A DNA stretch of 64,000 bases, taken from positions 33,356,001 to 33,420,000 of the forward strand of contig OZ024745.1 of assembly GCA_964016885.1 (NCBI GenBank), read 5' to 3'. The notes beneath the pieces were generated by a model. That model was not told the DNA's origin. It made no database searches and saw nothing but the letters and a program-made list of their open reading frames with translations. The DNA comes from Eledone cirrhosa. Lineage: Eukaryota. Shown one piece after another: positions 55,501 through 64,000 of this stretch; the first letter of the stretch is position 1, and each line of letters begins with the position of its first letter. The position numbers were made by a program, and so were the translations under genes.

Positions 55501-58500
55501 CCATTAGAAATATGGTAATGAAAGAGTTAAAGACATAGGTAGCGTATTCCATTAGAAATATGGTAATAAAAGAATTAAAGACATAGGAAGCGTATTCCAT
55601 TAGAAATATGGTAATGAAAGAGTTAAAGACATAGGTAGGGTATTCCATTAGAAATATGGTAATGAAAGAGTTAAAGACATAGGTAGCGTATTCCATTAGA
55701 AATATGGTAATGAAAGAGTTAAAGACATAGGTAGCGTATTCCATTAGAAATATGGTAATGAAATGTGATGTTGTGCTAATGTATAAAGTTAGTCTAAACG
55801 AGGAAATCGTCAGAGACAAATTCTTAATTTACAAATCTGCAGACTCAATTTCCGAGCCCCCTTTAAAATATGTAGTGACCTATACCATTCACTTAAATCA
55901 TACTAAATGAAAGAGTTAAAGACATAGGTAGCATATTCCATTAGAAATATGGTAATGAAAGAGTTAAAGACATAGGTAGCGTATTCCATTAGAAATATGG
56001 TAATGAAAGAGTTAAAGACATAGGTAGCGTATTCCATTAGAAATATGGTAATGAAAGAGTTAAAGACATAGGTAGCGTATTCCATTAGAAATATGGTAAT
56101 GAAAGAGTTAAAGACATAAGTAGCGTATTCCATTAGAAATATGGTAATGAAAGAGTTAAAGACATAGGTAGCGTATTCCATTAGAAATATGGTAATGAAA
56201 GGGTTAAAGACATAGGAAGCGTATTCCATTAGAAATATGGTAATGAAAGAGTTAAAGACATAGGTAGCGTATTCCATTAGAAATATGGTAATAAAAGAGT
56301 TAAAGACATAGGTAGCGTATTCCATTAGAAATATGGTAATGAAAGAGTTAAAGACATAGGTAGCGTATTCCATTAGAAATATGGTAATGAAAGAGTTAAA
56401 GACATAGGTAGCGTATTCCATTAGAAATATGGTAATGAAAGAGTTAAAGACATAGGTAGCGTATTCCATTAGAAATATGGTAATGAAAGAGTTAAAGACA
56501 TAGGTAGCGTATTCCATTAGAAATATGGTAATGAAAGAGTTAAAGACATAGATAGCGTATTCCATTAGAAATATGGTAATGAAAGAGTTAAAGACATAGG
56601 TAGCGTATTCCATTAGAAATATGGTAATGAAAGAGTTAAAGACATAGGTAGCGTATTCCATTAGAAATATGGTAATGAAAGAGTTAAAGACATAGGTAGC
56701 GTATTCCATTAGAAATATAGTAGTGAAAGAGTTAAAGACATAGGTAGCGTATTCCATTAGAAATATGGTAATGAAAGGGTTGAAGACATAGGTAGCGTAT
56801 TCCATTAGAAATATGGTAATGAAAGGGTTGAAGACATAGGTAGCGTATTCCATTAGAAATATGGTAAAGGGTTGAAGACATAGGTAGCGTATTCCATTAG
56901 AAATATGGTAATGAAAGAGTTAAAGACATAGGTAGCGTATTCCATTAGAAATATGGTAATGAAAGAGTTAAAGACATAGGTAGCGTATTCCATTAGAAAT
57001 ATGGTAATGAAAGGGTTAAAGACATAGGTAGCGTATTCCATTAGAAATATGGTAATGAAAGAGTTAAAGACATAGGTAGCGTATTCCATTAGAAATATGG
57101 TAATGAAAGAGTTAAAGACATAGGTAGCGTATTCCATTAGAAATATGGTAATGAAAGGGTTAAAGACACAGGTAGCGTATTCCATTAGAAATATGGTAAT
57201 GAAAGGGTTGAAGACATAGGTAGCGTATTCCATTAGAAATATGGTAATGAAAGAGTTAAAGACATAGGTAGCGTATTCCATTAGAAATATGGTAATGAAA
57301 TGTGATGTTGTGCTAATGTATAAAGTTAGTCTAAACGAGGAAATCGTCAGAGACAAATTCTTAATTTACAAATCTGCAGACTCAATTTCCGAGCCCCCTT
57401 TAAAATATGTAGTGACCTATACCATTCACTTAAATCATACTAAATGAAAGAGTTAAAGACATAGGTAGCATATTCCATTAGAAATATGGTAATGAAAGAG
57501 TTAAAGACATAGGTAGCGTATTCCATTAGAAATATGGTAATGAAAGAGTTAAAGACATAGGTAGCGTATTCCATTAGAAATATGGTAATGAAAGAGTTAA
57601 AGACATAGGTAGCGTATTCCATTAGAAATATGGTAATGAAAGAGTTAAAGACATAAGTAGCGTATTCCATTAGAAATATGGTAATGAAAGAGTTAAAGAC
57701 ATAGGTAGCGTATTCCATTAGAAATATGGTAATGAAAGGGTTAAAGACATAGGAAGCGTATTCCATTAGAAATATGGTAATGAAAGAGTTAAAGACATAG
57801 GTAGCGTATTCCATTAGAAATATGGTAATAAAAGAGTTAAAGACATAGGTAGCGTATTCCATTAGAAATATGGTAATGAAAGAGTTAAAGACATAGGTAG
57901 CGTATTCCATTAGAAATATGGTAATGAAAGAGTTAAAGACATAGGTAGCGTATTCCATTAGAAATATGGTAATGAAAGAGTTAAAGACATAGGTAGCGTA
58001 TTCCATTAGAAATATGGTAATGAAAGAGTTAAAGACATAGGTAGCGTATTCCATTAGAAATATGGTAATGAAAGAGTTAAAGACATAGATAGCGTATTCC
58101 ATTAGAAATATGGTAATGAAAGAGTTAAAGACATAGGTAGCGTATTCCATTAGAAATATGGTAATGAAAGAGTTAAAGACATAGGTAGCGTATTCCATTA
58201 GAAATATGGTAATGAAAGAGTTAAAGACATAGGTAGCGTATTCCATTAGAAATATAGTAGTGAAAGAGTTAAAGACATAGGTAGCGTATTCCATTAGAAA
58301 TATGGTAATGAAAGGGTTGAAGACATAGGTAGCGTATTCCATTAGAAATATGGTAATGAAAGGGTTGAAGACATAGGTAGCGTATTCCATTAGAAATATG
58401 GTAAAGGGTTGAAGACATAGGTAGCGTATTCCATTAGAAATATGGTAATGAAAGAGTTAAAGACATAGGTAGCGTATTCCATTAGAAATATGGTAATGAA

Positions 58501-61500
58501 AGAGTTAAAGACATAGGTAGCGTATTCCATTAGAAATATGGTAATGAAAGGGTTAAAGACATAGGTAGCGTATTCCATTAGAAATATGGTAATGAAAGAG
58601 TTAAAGACATAGGTAGCGTATTCCATTAGAAATATGGTAATGAAAGAGTTAAAGACATAGATAGCGTATTCCATTAGAAATATGGTAATGAAAGAGTTAA
58701 AGACATAGGTAGCGTATTCCATTAGAAATATGGTAATGAAAGAGTTAAAGACATAGGTAGCGTATTCCATTAGAAATATGGTAATGAAAGAGTTAAAGAC
58801 ATAGGTAGCGTATTCCATTAGAAATATGGTAATGAAAGAGTTAAAGACATAGGTAGCGTATTCCATTAGAAATATGGTAATGAAAGAGTTAAAGACATAG
58901 GTAGCGTATTCCATTAGAAATATAGCAGTGAAAGAGTTAAAGACATAGGTAGCGTATTCCATTAGAAATATGGTAATGAAAGGGTTGAAGACATAGGTAG
59001 CGTATTCCATTAGAAATATGGTAATGAAAGGGTTGAAGACATAGGTAGCGTATTCCATTAGAAATATGGTAAAGGGTTGAAGACATAGGTAGCGTATTCC
59101 ATTAGAAATATGGTAATGAAAGAGTTAAAGACATAGGTAGCGTATTCCATTAGAAATATGGTAATGAAAGAGTTAAAGACATAGGTAGCGTATTCCATTA
59201 GAAATATGGTAATGAAAGGGTTAAAGACATAGGTAGCGTATTCCATTAGAAATATGGTAATGAAAGAGTTAAAGACATAGGTAGCGTATTCCATTAGAAA
59301 TATGGTAATGAAAGAGTTAAAGACATAGGTAGCGTATTCCATTAGAAATATGGTAATGAAAGGGTTAAAGACACAGGTAGCGTATTCCATTAGAAATATG
59401 GTAATGAAAAAGTTAAAGACATAGGTAGCGTATTCCATTAGAAATATGGTAATGAAAGGGTTAAAGACATAGGTAGCGTATTCCATTAGAAATATGGTAA
59501 TGAAAGAGTTAAAGACATAGGTAGCGTATTCCATTAGAAATATGGTAATGAAAGGGTTAAAGACATAGGTAGCGTATTCCATTAGAAATATGGTAATGAA
59601 AGGGTTAAAGACATAGGTAGCGTATTCCATTAGAAATATGGTAATGAAAGAGTTAAAGACATAGGAAGCGTATTCCATTAGAAATATGGTAATGAAAGAG
59701 TTAAAGACATAGGTAGCGTATTCCATTAGAAATATGGTAATGAAAGAGTTAAAGACATAGAAAGCGTATTCCATTAGAAATATGGTAATGAAAGAGTTAA
59801 AGACATAGGTAGCGTATTCCATTAAAAATATGCTAATGAAAGAGTTAAAGACATAGGTAGCGTATTCCATTAGAAATATGGTAATGAAAGAGTTAAAGAC
59901 ATAGGTAGCGTATTCCATTAGAAATATGGTAATGAAAGAGTTAAAGACATAGGTAGCATATTCCATTAGAAATATGGTAATGAAAGAGTTAAAGACATAG
60001 AAAGCGTATTCCATTAGAAATATGGTAATGAAAGGGTTAAAGACACAGGTAGCGTATTCCATTAGAAATATGGTAATGAAAGGGTTGAAGACATAGGTAG
60101 CGTATTCCATTAGAAATATGGTAATGAAAGAGTTAAAGACATAGGTAGCGTATTCCATTAGAAATATGGTAATGAAAGAGTTAAAGACATAGGTAGCGTA
60201 TTCCATTAGAAATATGGTAATGAAAGGGTTAAAGACATAGGTAGCGTATTCCATTAGAAATATGGTAATGAAAGAGTTAAAGACATAGGTAGCGTATTCC
60301 ATTAGAAATATGGTAATGAAAGAGTTAAAGACATAGGTAGCGTATTCCATTAGAAATATGGTAATGAAAGGGTTAAAGACATAGGTAGCGTATTCCATTA
60401 GAAATATGGTAATGAAAGAGTTAAAGACATAGGTAGCGTATTCCATTAGAAATATGGTAATGAAAGGGTTAAAGACATAGGTAGCGTATTCCATTAGAAA
60501 TATGGTAATGAAAGGGTTAAAGACATAGGTAGCATATTCCATTAGAAATATGGTAATGAAAGAGTTAAAGACATAGGAAGCGTATTCCATTAGAAATATG
60601 GTAATGAAAGAGTTAAAGACATAGGTAGCATATTCCATTAGAAATATGGTAATGAAAGAGTTAAAGACATAGAAAGCGTATTCCATTAGAAATATGGTAA
60701 TGAAAGAGTTAAAGACATAGTAAGCGTATTCCATTAGAAATATGGTAATGAAAGAGTTAAAGACATAGGTAGCGTATTCCATTAGAAATATGCTAATGAA
60801 AGAGTTAAAGACATAGGTAGCGTATTCCATTAGAAATATGGTAATGAAAGAGTTAAAGACATAGGTAGCGTATTCCATTAGAAATATGGTAATGAAAGAG
60901 TTAAAGACATAGGTAGCATATTCCATTAGAAATATGGTAATGAAAGAGTTAAAGACATAGAAAGCGTATTCCATTAGAAATATGGTAATGAAAGAGTTAA
61001 AGACATAGTAAGCGTATTCCATTAGAAATATGCTAATGAAAGAGTTAAAGACATAGGTAGCGTATTCCATTAGAAATATGCTAATGAAAGAGTTAAAGAC
61101 ATAGGTAGCGTATTCCATTAGAAATATGGTAATGAAAGAGTTAAAGACATAGGTAGCGTATTCCATTAGAAATATGGTAATGAAAGAGTTAAAGACATAG
61201 GTAGCGTATTCCATTAGAAATATGGTAATGAAAGAGTTAAAGACATAGGTAGCGTATTCCATTAGAAATATGGTAATGAAAGAGTTAAAGACATAGGTAG
61301 CGTATTCCATTAGAAATATGGTCATGAAAGAGTTAAAGACATAGGTAGCGTATTCCATTAGAAATATGGTAATGAAAGAGTTAAAGACATAGGAAGCGTG
61401 TTCCATTAGAAATATGGTAATGAAAGAGTTAAAGACATAGCTAGGGTATTCGATTAGAAATATGGTAATGAAAGAGTTAAAGACATAGGAAGCGTATTCC

Positions 61501-64000
61501 ATTAGAAATATGGTACTGAAAGGGTTGAAGACATAGGAGCGTATTCCATTAGAAATATGGTTATGAAAGAGTTAAAGACATAGGTAGTGTATTCCATTAG
61601 AAATATGGTAATGAAAGGGTTAAAGACATAGGTAGCGTATTCCATTAGAAATATGGTAATGAAAGAGTTAAAGACATAGGTAGCGTATTCCATTAGAAAT
61701 ATGGTAATGAAAGGGTCAAAGACATAGGTAGCGTATTCCATTAGAAATATGGTAATGAAAGGGTTAAAGACATAGGTAGCGTATTCCATTAGAAATATGG
61801 TAATGAAAGGGTTAAAGACATAGGTAGCGTATTCCATTAGAAATATGGTAATGAAAGAGTTAAAGACATAGGTAGCGTATTCCATTAGAAATATGGTAAT
61901 GAAAGAGTTAAAGACATAGGAAGCGTATTCCATTAGAAATATGGTACTGAAAGGGTTGAAGACAGGAGCGTATTCCATTAGAAATATGGTTATGAAAGAG
62001 TTAAAGACATAGGTAGTGTATTCCATTAGAAATATGGTAATGAAAGAGTTAAAGACATAGGTAGCGTATTCCATTAGAAATATGGTAATAAAAGAATTAA
62101 AGACATAGGAAGCGTATTCCATTAGAAATATGGTAATGAAAGAGTTAAAGACATAGGTAGGGTATTCCATTAGAAATATGGTAATGAAAGAGTTAAAGAC
62201 ATAGGTAGCGTATTCCATTAGAAATATGGTAATGAAAGAGTTAAAGACATAGGTAGCGTATTCCATTAGAAATATGGTAATGAAATGTGATGTTGTGCTA
62301 ATGTATAAAGTTAGTCTAAACGAGGAAATCGTCAGAGACAAATTCTTAATTTACAAATCTGCAGACTCAATTTCCGAGCCCCCTTTAAAATATGTAGTGA
62401 CCTATACCATTCACTTAAATCATACTAAATGAAAGAGTTAAAGACATAGGTAGCATATTCCATTAGAAATATGGTAATGAAAGAGTTAAAGACATAGGTA
62501 GCGTATTCCATTAGAAATATGGTAATGAAAGAGTTAAAGACATAGGTAGCGTATTCCATTAGAAATATGGTAATGAAAGAGTTAAAGACATAGGTAGCGT
62601 ATTCCATTAGAAATATGGTAATGAAAGAGTTAAAGACATAAGTAGCGTATTCCATTAGAAATATGGTAATGAAAGAGTTAAAGACATAGGTAGCGTATTC
62701 CATTAGAAATATGGTAATGAAAGGGTTAAAGACATAGGAAGCGTATTCCATTAGAAATATGGTAATGAAAGAGTTAAAGACATAGGTAGCGTATTCCATT
62801 AGAAATATGGTAATAAAAGAGTTAAAGACATAGGTAGCGTATTCCATTAGAAATATGGTAATGAAAGAGTTAAAGACATAGGTAGCGTATTCCATTAGAA
62901 ATATGGTAATGAAAGAGTTAAAGACATAGGTAGCGTATTCCATTAGAAATATGGTAATGAAAGAGTTAAAGACATAGGTAGCGTATTCCATTAGAAATAT
63001 GGTAATGAAAGAGTTAAAGACATAGGTAGCGTATTCCATTAGAAATATGGTAATGAAAGAGTTAAAGACATAGATAGCGTATTCCATTAGAAATATGGTA
63101 ATGAAAGAGTTAAAGACATAGGTAGCGTATTCCATTAGAAATATGGTAATGAAAGAGTTAAAGACATAGGTAGCGTATTCCATTAGAAATATGGTAATGA
63201 AAGAGTTAAAGACATAGGTAGCGTATTCCATTAGAAATATAGTAGTGAAAGAGTTAAAGACATAGGTAGCGTATTCCATTAGAAATATGGTAATGAAAGG
63301 GTTGAAGACATAGGTAGCGTATTCCATTAGAAATATGGTAATGAAAGGGTTGAAGACATAGGTAGCGTATTCCATTAGAAATATGGTAAAGGGTTGAAGA
63401 CATAGGTAGCGTATTCCATTAGAAATATGGTAATGAAAGAGTTAAAGACATAGGTAGCGTATTCCATTAGAAATATGGTAATGAAAGAGTTAAAGACATA
63501 GGTAGCGTATTCCATTAGAAATATGGTAATGAAAGGGTTAAAGACATAGGTAGCGTATTCCATTAGAAATATGGTAATGAAAGAGTTAAAGACATAGGTA
63601 GCGTATTCCATTAGAAATATGGTAATGAAAGAGTTAAAGACATAGGTAGCGTATTCCATTAGAAATATGGTAATGAAAGGGTTAAAGACACAGGTAGCGT
63701 ATTCCATTAGAAATATGGTAATGAAAGGGTTGAAGACATAGGTAGCGTATTCCATTAGAAATATGGTAATGAAAGAGTTAAAGACATAGGTAGCGTATTC
63801 CATTAGAAATATGGTAATGAAATGTGATGTTGTGCTAATGTATAAAGTTAGTCTAAACGAGGAAATCGTCAGAGACAAATTCTTAATTTACAAATCTGCA
63901 GACTCAATTTCCGAGCCCCCTTTAAAATATGTAGTGACCTATACCATTCACTTAAATCATACTAAATGAAAGAGTTAAAGACATAGGTAGCATATTCCAT
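40513..64000. repeat. 48-bp satellite (GTTAAAGACATAGGTAGCGTATTCCATTAGAAATATGGTAATGAAAGA), roughly 470 units, continuing past the window; six 142-bp inserts
   Basis: Seen directly. Inserts begin at 42782, 51351, 55764, 57301, 62286 and 63823. Confidence 0.98.

Noticed and set aside
40483-63878. Long (MEYATYVFNSFITIFL)n ORFs on the minus strand
   Set aside because: The 48-bp unit is a multiple of 3 and happens to be stop-free. Recurrent 1-bp and 5-bp deletions break the frame, and the monomer matches a transposon end.
42782-63964. Repeat-spacer (CRISPR-like) acquisition system in the 48-bp array
   Set aside because: All six inserts are the same sequence, consistent with one insertion followed by duplication.

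Overview
AT-rich, repeat-dense animal genomic DNA. The SINE/RTE/microsatellite landscape resembles octopod cephalopod genomes (inference). The main gene is an MFSD12-like MFS transporter on the minus strand. Seven internal coding exons (32686 down to 14773) splice in frame, and one intron requires a non-canonical GC donor. The 5' exons were not found and probably lie beyond 64000; the terminal exon is uncertain. The introns hold a 5'-truncated RTE LINE with an open RT+PHD ORF, many RTE 3' fragments, two tRNA-SINE families, piggyBac-like and Tc1/mariner-like MITEs, a Helitron-like element and 27-bp and 31-bp minisatellites. Upstream of the last exon found lie a 4.4-kb 25-mer+(CA)n array and a >23-kb 48-bp satellite. 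The most notable observations are: (1) a ~350-bp palindromic element in (TA)n carrying a structurally complete type I hammerhead ribozyme on each strand (4613-4681 minus, 4811-4879 plus); (2) the 48-bp satellite monomer matches the TTAA-CCC terminus of a dispersed piggyBac-like element in the same window, and the array has a captured 142-bp insert and a 6522-bp higher-order repeat. Almost all long ORFs in the supplied track are translation artefacts of tandem repeats.
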